DNA of 64,000 nucleotides, taken from assembly GCF_035594765.1 (NCBI RefSeq), contig NC_085843.1, positions 243,637,971 through 243,701,970 of the forward strand, read 5' to 3'. This document shows, in pieces, positions 50,368-62,006 of the stretch (within the stretch, counting starts at the first letter, position 1; each line of letters opens with the position of its first letter). The notes under the pieces are model-generated. The model did no database searches, was not told where the DNA came from, and saw only the letters and a program-made list of their open reading frames with translations. The translations under genes were made by a program, and so were the position numbers. The DNA comes from Anolis carolinensis (Eukaryota).

Positions 50368-50690
50368 CAGTAGAGTCTCACTTATCCAACATAAACGGGC
50401 TGGCAGAACGTTGGATAAGCAAATATGTTGGATAATAAGGAGAGATTAAGAAGAAGCCTATTAAACATCAAATTAAGTTATGATTTTACAAATTAAGCAC
50501 CCAAACATCATGTTATACAACAAATTGGACAGAAAAGGTACTTCAATATGCAGTAATGCTATGTAGTAATTACTGTATTTACTAATTTAGCACCAAAATA
50601 TCACGATGTATTGAAAATATTGACTACAAAAATGCGTTGGATAATCCAGAACGTTGGATAAGCGAATGTTGGATAAGTGAGACTCTACTG
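50368..50690. mobile_element. Tc1/mariner MITE
   Basis: Perfect 25-bp TIR CAGTAGAGTCTCACTTATCCAACAT, TA TSD on both sides. Confidence 0.95.
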
Positions 50691-52489
50691 TACTTCTTTT
50701 AATGGTTGAATCAATGACACCCATACTCTCAGAGAATCCCTAATCTAAATATAGTTCATGCATAGTCACATGCAATTGTCATTACATGGTGGGTCTCCCA
50801 TACAGATGTAAACTGATAGAGATGGCAGCCTCAGAGGTCCAACATGCTACAAGTCATACTTTGTGCTATCATGCTATATTGAAAACATAGTGGTTTTTTT
50901 TCAGGGAGAGAAGTAGGGGTTCCTACAAAATTTTATTTTCAAATTGTTTCTCAACAAAACTGAGCAACAACAGCATACTTTGTAAAAACAGCCCAAATCT
51001 GAAAGCTGCATGTCAAATCTTTAAAACCATGCCTACTGCTTCAGAAATCACAAGATAACTACAAGGAAATATTGCAAAGCCTTTTTCCTTGATAACCACA
51101 GCAAATGTTTAGTTCACTTTGTGGACCAATATTAGTCCTCCATGAACTTTTGTAAAAGGGCAGATACTTAAGAGTTCTTGAGAGAAAAAAGGAGGCACAG
51201 CTCCTTAATGTCATTTAATTTAAGTCCGTTTTCACTAGGAAATTAGTTAATTACTTTAAGCATGGGAGGGTTTTCAGTGGACCAGCTTTCAACTAAAGGG
51301 CATCCACCTCCCTTTAATCATCATCCCAAAGCTAGGTTTTTTAGCCCTCCCCCACAAACAGAGGGAAATCTAGGGATCACTAAGAGCTACATGCCCATCA
51401 CAGCTCAGTATTAAATCAAGCTGTACCAAGGCCAGCTCTGAAATCCTTCAGTGCTTAAAAGCATCCATTCCAAGAGTGTGGGAGGCTGTAGTGGAAGTTT
51501 GTACTTAGTCCTAACTCCAAAGCAATGATGGGAAACATCTGGGCTTCCTGTGGTGGCTGGCAGCTCTGATTTTATCCTGGATGTTAAAGAAGCTACCTAT
51601 GGTGCTGCATTTATTCGGGGAACATAATATAGCACTTCCCACAGTTCTTTTTAAAACTCTGACTTATGTTTGGAGGATTCACTGCCACATTGACATAAGG
51701 ACATACCACATACAGCTGTAGCTTACCAGATACTGAGGTACTTCCTCATTACTAGCTCTGTTGGGTAGTGCTGATGAAATTCCAATAACACTTGGAAGGC
51801 CACAAGCCTCTAGTCCAAGAATGCGTGGAAGGCCATATCCGTACTCTATGGATGAAGTGGCCATTAAAAGGCACACAAATTGATAGCGAGTGAATCCCTC
51901 ACAGAGAGTTGTAAGTCTGAACCTATCTCTGTCTCATTGTGCTTCCTTAGTCCCACTTTTAAACAGTGCGGCATCTCTGCCACACAACCATAGTCATGTT
52001 ATTGGAGAGAAGGAGAATCAACAGAGACATGTCCAGGACTTCTCCTATAGCTGTATGTAGCTACAATATGCGTCTAAAGGGATCTCTATGGGTTCTTGGG
52101 ATGTCCATCAAATGATGTCCTTGTAATACATTGAGTTCCAGGAAAATAGCTAGATCTGTTTCTGTTGATCCTCCATCCCTAATAACATGGATATAGCCAT
52201 GTGGGTGGGGTGGGGGGTTGCAACCCTAAAAGGTAGGATTGGGAGAAGATCTTGATCATTGTGCTGCTGGTAAAGAATTCCAATCTCCTCAGTGAACAAA
52301 AATGTGAGTTGTGGAGGTATAAGACTGACTTATGCCATCAAATTTAGCAAAGAGGATTCTGAATATACTGATCAATTTCTCTGCATGGTCTCTCAACTGC
52401 TGTCTTGATCAAAAGGTGGGACATGCACTACATGAACAATCAAAGCCAGAGTGGAAAGTATTTGAAAGTCATTTGTCTGTACCTCTTAC

Positions 52490-52655
52490 CTATTAGGTTC
52501 TTCCATTCTGGGTCAAGGTCTGCTTGATTGGCCACACAGCCTTTCAAGACATTGCGGCAGTAGCTGTTACACGGTTTTACATTCGACATACCACGACAAT
52601 GGGCACAATACATCAGCTTCATGATGGCCCGGCTGCAATACTGGCTCAGTGGGAC
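52490..52655 (-). CDS. GPC1: glypican-1 exon 4
   Basis: [55 protein letters not shown]; AAG/GTAAGA; 166 nt; glypican Cys pattern. Confidence 0.97.
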
Positions 52656-52716
52656 CTTTAAAAAAAAGTGATTTCTTAAGTTAATGTTGTTTTTCTTAAA
52701 AAAGAAACAAAGATGT

Positions 52717-52880
52717 NNNNNNNNNNNNNNNNNNNNNNNNNNNNNNNNNNNNNNNNNNNNNNNNNNNNNNNNNNNNNNNNNNNNNNNNNNNNNNNNNNNN
52801 NNNNNNNNNNNNNNNNNNNNNNNNNNNNNNNNNNNNNNNNNNNNNNNNNNNNNNNNNNNNNNNNNNNNNNNNNNNNNNNN
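52717..52880. other. assembly gap (164 N) followed by a SINE2/L2 tail (52881-52943)
   Basis: N run; the sequence after it is GAGTCCCCTTCGGGGTGAGAAGGGCGG + (TAAA)n, so the gap probably hides the SINE body. Confidence 0.95.
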
Positions 52881-53436
52881 GAGTCCCCTTCGGGGTGAGA
52901 AGGGCGGTATATAAATAGCACAAATAAATAAATAAATAAATAAATGGGAAAAGAGCTTTGAAAATGGATAAAGGCTGTGAATGGGGAGCAGACTAGGGAA
53001 CAGGCGGGACAATGTGGAATATTTTACAGATGGTTAAACTTGTTAAGCAGAGAAATAAATGGTTGATTCAGAAAATCCAGAGATGAGACCCATTTATTAA
53101 AAAATTAAGTCCGTTTTTGGATGTGAAACAAACCAAAAAAATAAATGTAGTTATGGGTTTAACCTTCATGAATTTGATTATTCACAAATTATTTGCTGTT
53201 TTCTTCACTTGGATGGGTGATGGGAAGGTGATGATTTACTAAAATCTCTTATCATTCCCTCATTGTATTTATTATTAAAGAAGCTATTGAGAGAATAAAT
53301 TAATCCCAACAAGAGTCATTGGCCATGTTAGTTTGGGAATTCTGGGGACTGCTGTAGTGATGACTATCCTACTATGACATTAAACTTTGAAAGGAACCCA
53401 AACACATTTGTACAAGAAGCCACACTGCTTGTAGAA

Positions 53437-53571
53437 CAGTGGATCTTAGCTTGTGGGTCCCCAGGTGTTTTGGCCTACAACTCCCCGAAATCCCAGCCAG
53501 TTTACCAGCCGTTAGGATTTCTGGGAGTTGAAGGCCAAAACATCTGGAGACCCACAGGTTGAGAACCACTG
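53437..53571. mobile_element. 135-bp palindromic hAT MITE
   Basis: CAGTGG...CCACTG termini, 8-bp TSD TTGTAGAA (53429-53436, 53572-53579). Confidence 0.92.
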
Positions 53572-53766
53572 TTGTAGAAGGTTATACAAGTAGTTATTCT
53601 TCCATTGAGTAAATGTACACTTGATCCTTAAAGATTCTAACTATAAGCTATAAATGGTTGTACAGCTAACCTTTCTGATCTACAGTGTCAATGTATACTG
53701 AGCATGTTTGATCAGTAAGAACAGTTATGGAAAATGTGGGTTTGATATTAGCAATTATTGGGAAAT

Positions 53767-53867
53767 GGGGTTTCTGTGTGTTTTCCAGGCTGTATGGCCA
53801 TGTTCCAGAAGCATTTCTCCTGATGTTTTGCTCACATCTATGGCAGGCATCCTCAGAGGTTGTGAGG
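53767..53867 (-). mobile_element. Penelope-like fragment (hammerhead core decayed, GAAA to AAAA)
   Basis: Similar to one arm of 39320-39535; another piece near 61560-61642. Confidence 0.75.
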
Positions 53868-54194
53868 TATATTAGGAAATGTACTGAAAATAAAACTGCC
53901 AGTAATGTAATGTCCTTATATAATTCATGACACAACAGCATACATAATACTGTTGCAATAGTCCACACTTTTTTCATACCAGTCACTTCATCTCAGCAAT
54001 TGGAATTACTGGAGAGACAGCAATGTACATCATCAAACAAATCACTGAGGCATTTACTCTATAGGAAATACTGAAGCATTTTCCTCTATAAGGAATAACA
54101 AATACGTTCTTTTCAGGGCAGGGAGGGGCATGATGGATTTTTATAGAATTATGAATGGTGCATAGAAATTGGGCACAGAGATTATTTTCATATA

Positions 54195-55187
54195 ACCTGA
54201 AGCCGAACCCTTCCAAGACACAAGTGTGTGCTTTCCAGCTACGTAACCGCGAAGCCAACAGGAAACTGAAAGTTACTTGGGAAGGCCAAGAGCTCGAACA
54301 CTGCTTCCATCCTAAATACCTTGGTGTCACCTTAGATCGAACACTAACATATAGGAAACACTGCATGAACACCAAGCACAAAGTAGCTGCACGCAATAAC
54401 GTCCTGCGGAAACTGACTGGCAGCGCATGGGGTGCAGACCCACAAGTAATAAGAACATCAGCCCTGGCCTTGTCTTTCTCAACTGCAGAGTACGCCTGTC
54501 CTGTTTGGCACAAGTCTGCCCATGCAAAGCAGGTGGACATAGCACTGAATGAAACATGCAGAATCATCACGGGATGCCTTAAACCTACACCTGTTGATAA
54601 ACTCTACAAGTTAGCTGGCATTGCCCCTCCTGACGTGCGACGGGAAGTTGCTGCTAATGGTGAGAGAAAAAAGGTCGAACATTGTGAAAGCCACCCACTG
54701 CATGGCTATCACCCTCCTCCCACCAGACTCAAATCAAGGAAGGGCTTCATGAGAACCACCACTCCTCTTGATGTTCCTCCAGCAGCAGCAAGGGTGTCTC
54801 TCTGGGCAGCTAAACCTGGCAATCCCAACTGGATGGCCCTCCGTGAGGGTCTTCCTCCAGGGGCAAACCAAGAATGGGCAACTTGGAAGTCCCTGAACAG
54901 ACTCAGAAGCGGAGTGGGCAGATCAAAAGACAACTTGGCAAGGTGGCACTACTTGGAGGAATCCTCCACCTTGTGTGACTGTGGAGCTGAACAAACAACT
55001 CAGCATATGTATGCTTGCCCACAATGCCCTGCCTCATGTACGGAGGAGGAGTTGTTTAAAGCTACAGACAATGCGGTTGCTGTTGCCCGCTTTTGGTCCA
55101 AAACTATTTAGTTGCTTGTGATTCCTTCCCCCCCCCCCCCCATTATTTGAAATGTACAATGCTTTTGACACGAAATAAATAAATAAA
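54195..55187 (+). mobile_element. young 5'-truncated Vingi LINE, open ORF remnant
   Basis: NLKPNPSKTQVCAF...PKYLGVTLDRTL (end of RT) to CCHC-like C-terminus without stops; (TAAA)n tail; 10-bp TSD TTTTCATATA (54185-54194, 55188-55197). Confidence 0.95.
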
Positions 55188-57031
55188 TTTTCATATACAA
55201 CATTAGGTTGAGGACAATTGGCAAGAGAGTTCAAGGAAGATAAAATAAAGTGTTTCACCACCTTGCACTATACAAGTATTTATAGAATTGTCAACTGCAG
55301 GACGTGCTGGTGGACATCTTAAATGGCTTTGAAAGATGATTGGACAGATTCATGGTACTCATACGAGTCCCTCATGTCCATAATTAGTATTCTGCAAAAG
55401 GTCAGGTACTGGAATTACAATTTAGAAAAGTTTTTTTTTCCAACCACCAACTCTCCTTTGCTGACTGGGAGAGTCTTGGAGATGTGGTGCAAAGAGCAAG
55501 ACAATGTCAGGAATGGACAATTGCCTTGATACCTGTTTGTGAACTTCTCAGTAAAACAGTGGAATTTATGTACACACTCTGGTGTGCACAGCATCCCCAA
55601 TCCATCCACATTTAGCTAGACAGTAGTATAGGGCTCTGCCCACTTATGCTTCATTTTATCTAAATCCTTACAGTCCATTTTGGTTGTCACTGGGTGGCGC
55701 TTTAGTTCTGCTGCTAACAGAAAGGCAATAAAAGGTGCATTTTTTTTAAAAAATCAAATCAAACAAACAAACAAAAACAGCATCCACATGTACAGACAAA
55801 TCAGCACCCACTTCACAATTACATTACAACAGCAAAGCCAATTAAAAGTGTTGTTTAACATGCAAGATACTAATTTAACTCTCAAGGTTGATTAATTGTC
55901 ATTACAATGTGAAGTAAGGGTGACAAACTGGAAAATTAATTTTCTAGAAGGGCAAAAACAGGAAAGCATAAGGCCATTCAGGCTGATAAGTAGTTTCCTA
56001 CTAGAAGCACTTTTGTCTTATCTGTGAATCTCTTTTCAAGGATCACATTAGCTTGCTCTGGTAGAGAAGATCTCTATTCTTGCTTTCATTTGGAATGTCT
56101 CCTCTTCCAGGCTCACAATAAAACTCAAGGTGAATATCAGAACTTTTCAAGAGATGATGCCATTGAACAAATATTTTCACCTGCAACTAACATGGGTATT
56201 AAAGACTTCTCACAAATGAAGGTGTTAGGGAGAACATATAAGAAAAACATTGGGAAAAAGTGTCTCCATTGAAGCTTTATCACCAATCCTCATTTCCAAA
56301 ACAAGCTAAATTTTTCAAAATCCAATTCTCACAGGAACAGAAAGTAAGGTGTGGTCTTCTAAATAGGGGCACAGACAGAAAAACAAACACCACAGGGGTA
56401 TTAACTCTTCCCTATGCTATCCAAGGTATGTGTGTTTGTGTCTGTGTCTATCACTGAATGTGAACTTTTCCCGGATTCAAACTGATATTAAAGCGGGCAC
56501 ATATTTTAGCGGATAAAATGACAAAACATGTCACTCTGTATTTTACTTTCTAATAAAGTTCTTAGAATTATATTACATTACATGGCAACATGTCAATACT
56601 CTGTAGTGTTACCCAACAATGCTGGCAGAAGAAAACTATGTGAAAGAAAGCCAGGTTTCCATTCCCACCCAATTCAGCATCATCCCTCCTGGAAACTTTG
56701 ACAATGTTGGATTGTAAAGAAGTGTAAAGGTACGATACATCATGATTTTCACCATATGAGAATAATGTGAAGAAGGACCCTAAATATGAAATTGAGTCAT
56801 GATATCCACAAGCAAAATAAAAAATACAACATGGAATTAAATTTTAAGCTTATTCTCAGAATGGTTTTAGGTTATATTGCATCTTAAATCCTGAACCATT
56901 TCTAAAACATGGATGGATGAGGACCAAGACAGACTAATACTCCAGAGTGCAGATATATAAACAATCTGAATCCTAGTTTCATATAAATGTAAGTCTATGG
57001 ATGTCTAGTCAGAGCACTTACTGACTTTTGG

Positions 57032-57865
57032 ATATAGGAAACACTGCATGAACACCAAGCACAAAGTAGCTCCATGCAATAACATTCTGCAGATACTTAC
57101 TGTCAGCACATGGGGCGCAGACCCAAAATTAATAAGAACATCAGCCCTGGCCTTGTCTTACTCATCAGCTGAGTGTGCCTGCCCTGTTTGGCACAAGTCT
57201 GCCCATGTGAATCAGGTGAACATAGCATTGAATGAAACATGCAAAATAATCACAAGATGTCTTAAACTTATACTTGTTGATAAACTCTACAAGCTAGCTG
57301 GCATTGACCCCCCTCCCCGATGTGCAATGGGAAGTTGCTGCTAACTGTGAGAGAAATAAGGTCGAACACTGTGAAAGCCATCCTCTGCATGACTATCAGC
57401 CTTCTCCCAGTAGACTCAAATCAAGGAAAAGCTTCATGAGAACCACCACACCTCTTGATGTTTCCCCAGCAACAGCGAGGGCATCCCTCTGGGCAGCTAA
57501 GCCAGGGAATCCCAGTTGGATGGCCCCCCACGAGGGTCTGCCTCCAGGGACAAACCAAGAATGGGCAACTTGGAAGTCCCTGAACAGACTCAAAAGTGGA
57601 GTGGGCAGATCAAAAGACAACCTGGAAAAATGGCACCGAAAAGAATCCTCCACCTTGTGCGACTGGAGCAGAGCAGACAACTCCACATCTGTATGCTTGT
57701 CCGCAATGCCCTGCCTCATGTACGGAGGAAGAATTGTTTGAGGCTACAGAGAATGCGATCACTGTTGCCCATTTTTTGTCCAAAGATGTTTAGTCACTTG
57801 TGCTCCTTCTATTTTTATCAGTTTAATACTAATTTATCCAGTGCTTTTGATACAAAATAAATAAA
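57032..57865 (+). mobile_element. older, frameshifted Vingi LINE copy
   Basis: Same peptide split over three frames; (TAAA)n tail. Confidence 0.92.
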
Positions 57866-57882
57866 TTGGCTTTAGCTACATA

Positions 57883-57956
57883 GGTTAAGGTTTTCCGCTG
57901 ACATTAAGTCTAGTTGTGTCTGCCTCTGGTAGATGGTGCTCACCACCGGGGGCTCC
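57883..57956 (-). mobile_element. 74-bp internally deleted Sauria SINE
   Basis: GGAGCCCCCGGTGG head joined to ...ACTAGACTTAATGTCAG..AAAACCTTAACC tail; 10-bp TSD TAGCTACATA. Confidence 0.85.
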
Positions 57957-60382
57957 TAGCTACATATGAATGCATATTTTACAGGTGTCATCTTAAAAAA
58001 AGGGCATTTTTAGAAATAAGGCAAGCTTGCATCTCTGTACATGCCTAGCTCTTATTCACATTGTCTGTATTCCCCCACACCCTTTCTTTTATTTCTTCCC
58101 TCTTATTATTTCACATTTATTTTCTTTGTAATTATATTTCTTAAAAAATCTAAGGGTCTTATCATGGATGGATCCTGCAGATTTTTCTTCAGATTTATTG
58201 CTGTTTTGGCAGAGATAGAAGATATGCCAGTGCTGGATTTCTTCCAAGTAAGCTCTGCTTTATAATGCAATCAAACCGCAGTTAACAAAGAATAAACTAT
58301 AGAAGCAGTCGAAGGTGAAATACATCTATGCCCATCACAAACTCTACAACATAGTGTTTCACAGAAATATTCAGGCATTCTGAGTTAGCAACAAAGCTTT
58401 AAAGATATATTTTTATAGCACTTGCATTGGAAGATGGATGCAGTTGCTGGATCAGACTCTCCAATACAAATACATCATCCAGATATCTTGGACTAAATGA
58501 GGTTCTTGGGGAAAAACTCAAAACAGTGGCTATGAAACATGATTTCTTAAATTTTACATTACAATAAGATCCCTGTAACCATGGAACTTATATCCATAGT
58601 TTAATTTACCTGCATCCAGGGAGAAATAATCTAAGAATTTTCTAGGTCCTCCAGATGATTCTATGGTATATTGTACATCTCCTGAAAGTTACCACAGAAT
58701 TGCACTGGACTTACCAAATTTCTAGGAGGAAACATCTTTAGGAATCTCTAAATTCTCTGATGCAATTCTATGGTATGCTGGGACTCAAAGTGAGATAATT
58801 TAATGGTATTCAGTCATAACTATGGTTTCACATAACCAGAGTCTGGTTGACAATGTTTCCCCATGGATATTAGGTCACCTTAGAACTGAAAGTATTTTTT
58901 CTCATAATATGCAAGATAATGCATGTGTTTAATTTCTGCAACTAGCATCCCTGAGGTTCAGCTATATGTTTTGGATTTATGTGGCTACTCTCATATATGA
59001 CACCTTTTAGATTTAGTGTGCTGGGGAGGGTAAATGGACAGGTATTGTGTCGAAGTTCATCGGTTCTGGTATATAGAAACCCAGTGAAAAGGTAATTTCA
59101 TAACTTCTGATAGGTGTAATATTAAATTATATTGAATACCACAACAAGTCAGAGAATGATAGCTTCTTTTCAAGCTTCAGGATATGTATTCTGATCCCAC
59201 ACCAGCTACACCTCTCATAGCCAACCAGTTAGGCTATCGTTGTTCAAGGAGTCGGTTTCCACATCAGCCTGTTCTTTACCTGCAATCTTTCTGTGTACAA
59301 AACTTTACCTTTTTATAAATTACAGTACAACCCCCATATTAGTGGAATACATGTTTCTGAGTAAACCATGGAAACAGGAAACTATGACTATTCATGAACT
59401 TTACTGAAATGGATCATCTCTAGGATTTGCTAGGTCCTTCAGGGAAACTCTATAGTAACTTGTGGTTGAAACATGTCATAGAATCACCCAGAGGACCTAG
59501 AGAATTTCTAGAGAGGACATATTATTTTTGGATGTTGAGTAGGTGACAACATGGTTACTGGTAAGGAGATCATAATGTAATCTGACCTTCCAGACAGAAT
59601 CTGATAAGTGCGATGGTTCTCCAATGTATTTCATGTGTTTTTTTTTTAATTGGGCACAATGTTTTGTCTTGATCGAAGAGTGAGACAGAATTGAATGGGC
59701 ACACAGGACTCCATCTGCAAGCTATCCTCCTCACTGTAAACACATTCTGCAGGAATGGCTAGGACAGAAAAAAGGTTTAAGTCTTTAAGGATGACTTCCA
59801 CTTCTGATTTCTCAGTTTGTTTTTGCATAACAGATGTCTTAAATATGGCAGCATGCCTATCTTTCCTTTGGTATACCGTAGGAAAATATAAGACATGAAT
59901 CTAACAATCACAATATGGGGCCAAAACAAGTCCCATTGCTTCCAATGGGTGCGCTGAAAGCAATGGAACTTAAAAGTACTAAAGGTTTAACTGGATTGTC
60001 CTCATCAGTTCATGTTTGTGGCATTTGGGAAAAGTGCTGCTTTGATCCACATACTTCTCTCCCACTTGGAACTATATTTGAAAATGTCGGCCAACTTTTC
60101 ATTGAAACCTCTGCCAGATCAACTTTCTTTTGGTAATTTAAAACTATTAAAAGTTTATATGGGTGGAAAAAAAAGATAATTATGACATGCAATGATTAGT
60201 GATCGCACTGCAGTCTGCTACATCTGGACAGCTGGCAAACAGAGTAGAACTGCAGCCAACATAAAGCGGGGCAGCATACTTTGTACATCTTTAAATAATC
60301 TGTGTGGAGTTCAAAGACATAGCTGTGTTACCCTGGAAAATGAGTATGCAAGGTGATCTTATAGCATTTTTGAAATTGACCG

Positions 60383-60594
60383 AGGATGCATCTATACTGT
60401 AGAATTAATGCAGTTTTATATCACTTTATCTTCCATGGCTTAATGCTATGGAATCATAAGAGGCGATTTTACAATGTCTTTAGATTTGTCTGTTGAAGAG
60501 TGCTTGTGCTTCATCAAACTATATATCCCAGGATTCCATAGCCCTGAACCATGGCAGTTAAAGTAGTGTCAAACTGCATTAATTCTAGAGTGTA
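60383..60594. mobile_element. palindromic MITE (family uncertain)
   Basis: TAGAATTAATGCAGTTT ... AAACTGCATTAATTCTA inverted arms. Confidence 0.7.
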
Positions 60595-61681
60595 TCACTA
60601 ACATGAGAGAACAAAGTTGTAGGATAAGCTTTTATAAACTTAATCTGCTTTCTCAGAAGCTGGGAGCATTTATGTCTGTTTTTAAATAATCTGGAGCAAC
60701 ATGGAAGGTAGTAGATAACAATGATTGATCTCACCAAGCCCCGTCAATCCCATTCTGGTGATCCCATGCATCGAAATGCCTGCCTATGTTCCTGTCAATG
60801 CCACTTTCATTAACACAAGAATTTCATTAAGATCAGTTCAGACCAGGTCAGTTCTTCAGGGCTGTGAAGTCTCTCCTAATGCCATTTGACAACTCAGTCA
60901 AGAAAAATAACAGTACAATCTTTATGGAAACTCAACTCCCCTGAAGTGTATTCCTTATGGTCTCCCTTCGTCACAGTTTGGAAGGATGATACAACACGGT
61001 GACTAGGTGCTCTTCCATTACAATGCAATGTTCCTACGTGCTTGCACTGAGCAGGTGTGGTGTAGCACTTTGCAAGACACTTGAGGATTGCCTTTACCAT
61101 TTAAGGGGATTAAAGAGGCATTTTCCAACAGTCACACAAGGGAGGGGGCAGATCTGAAGACTTGTTCAGATCTGCCTCACTGTTTTTGAAGCTTCACTTT
61201 GTTCAAAAGAAATATGCATCTTAATCCCCTGGGAATAAATAAATAATTCAGGTAGTAGCAGTTCAAGATAACATGTTTTTAGCATGTATGTTTCATTATT
61301 CTGGGGTCATGTTATTCTAGCCAAGAGACCAGTTACACTTTGATTACATAACCCTATATTACTTGTACTTTCTTTCTGAATAATTGACAGAATAGAACAA
61401 GTATTTGCCATCTAATTTTGACACAGATTCCACGTGTACTCAATAGGAATGTTTTAAGTGTTTCTACTTTTTCCAGATTAACATATAAAGAGATGACCAT
61501 GAACACCAGTCCATGCATGCAGAATTGACATAGAGTTGCTGTGAATTTTCCACGATGTACGGCCATATTCTGGAACATGGCCATACAGTCGGGAAAACTC
61601 ACAGCAACCCAGTGATTCCAACCATGGAAACCTTTTGACAACAGAATTGACATAGTTTAAGCTAGTGTAGTTCTTTGGTTA

Positions 61682-62006
61682 TGTGGTCAAGATGGTGCAG
61701 CGAGTTAAACCACTAAGCTGCAGAATTTGCTGACTGGAAGGTCGGTGGTTCGAATCTGTGGGTAAGCTCCCGTTGTTAGCCCAAGCTTCTGCCAACCTAG
61801 CAGTTTGAAAATATGCAAATTTGTGTAGATCAATAGTTACCGCTCCAGTGGGAATGTAATGGTGTTCCATGCAGTCAAACTGGCTACATGACTTAGGAGG
61901 CTTCTACAAACAATGCCGGCTCTTCGGCTTAGAAACGGAGATGAGTACCAACCTCCAGAGTCAGACTCGACTAGATTTAATGTCAAGGGGAAACCTTTAC
62001 CTTTAC
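61682..62006 (+). mobile_element. full-length Sauria SINE
   Basis: B-box GGTTCGAATC, (ACCTTT)n tail, 14-bp TSD TAGTTC[T/C]TTGGTTA (61668-61681, 62007-62020). Confidence 0.92.

Noticed and set aside
52676-53012. ORFs spanning the N run
   Set aside because: Artefacts of translating the gap.
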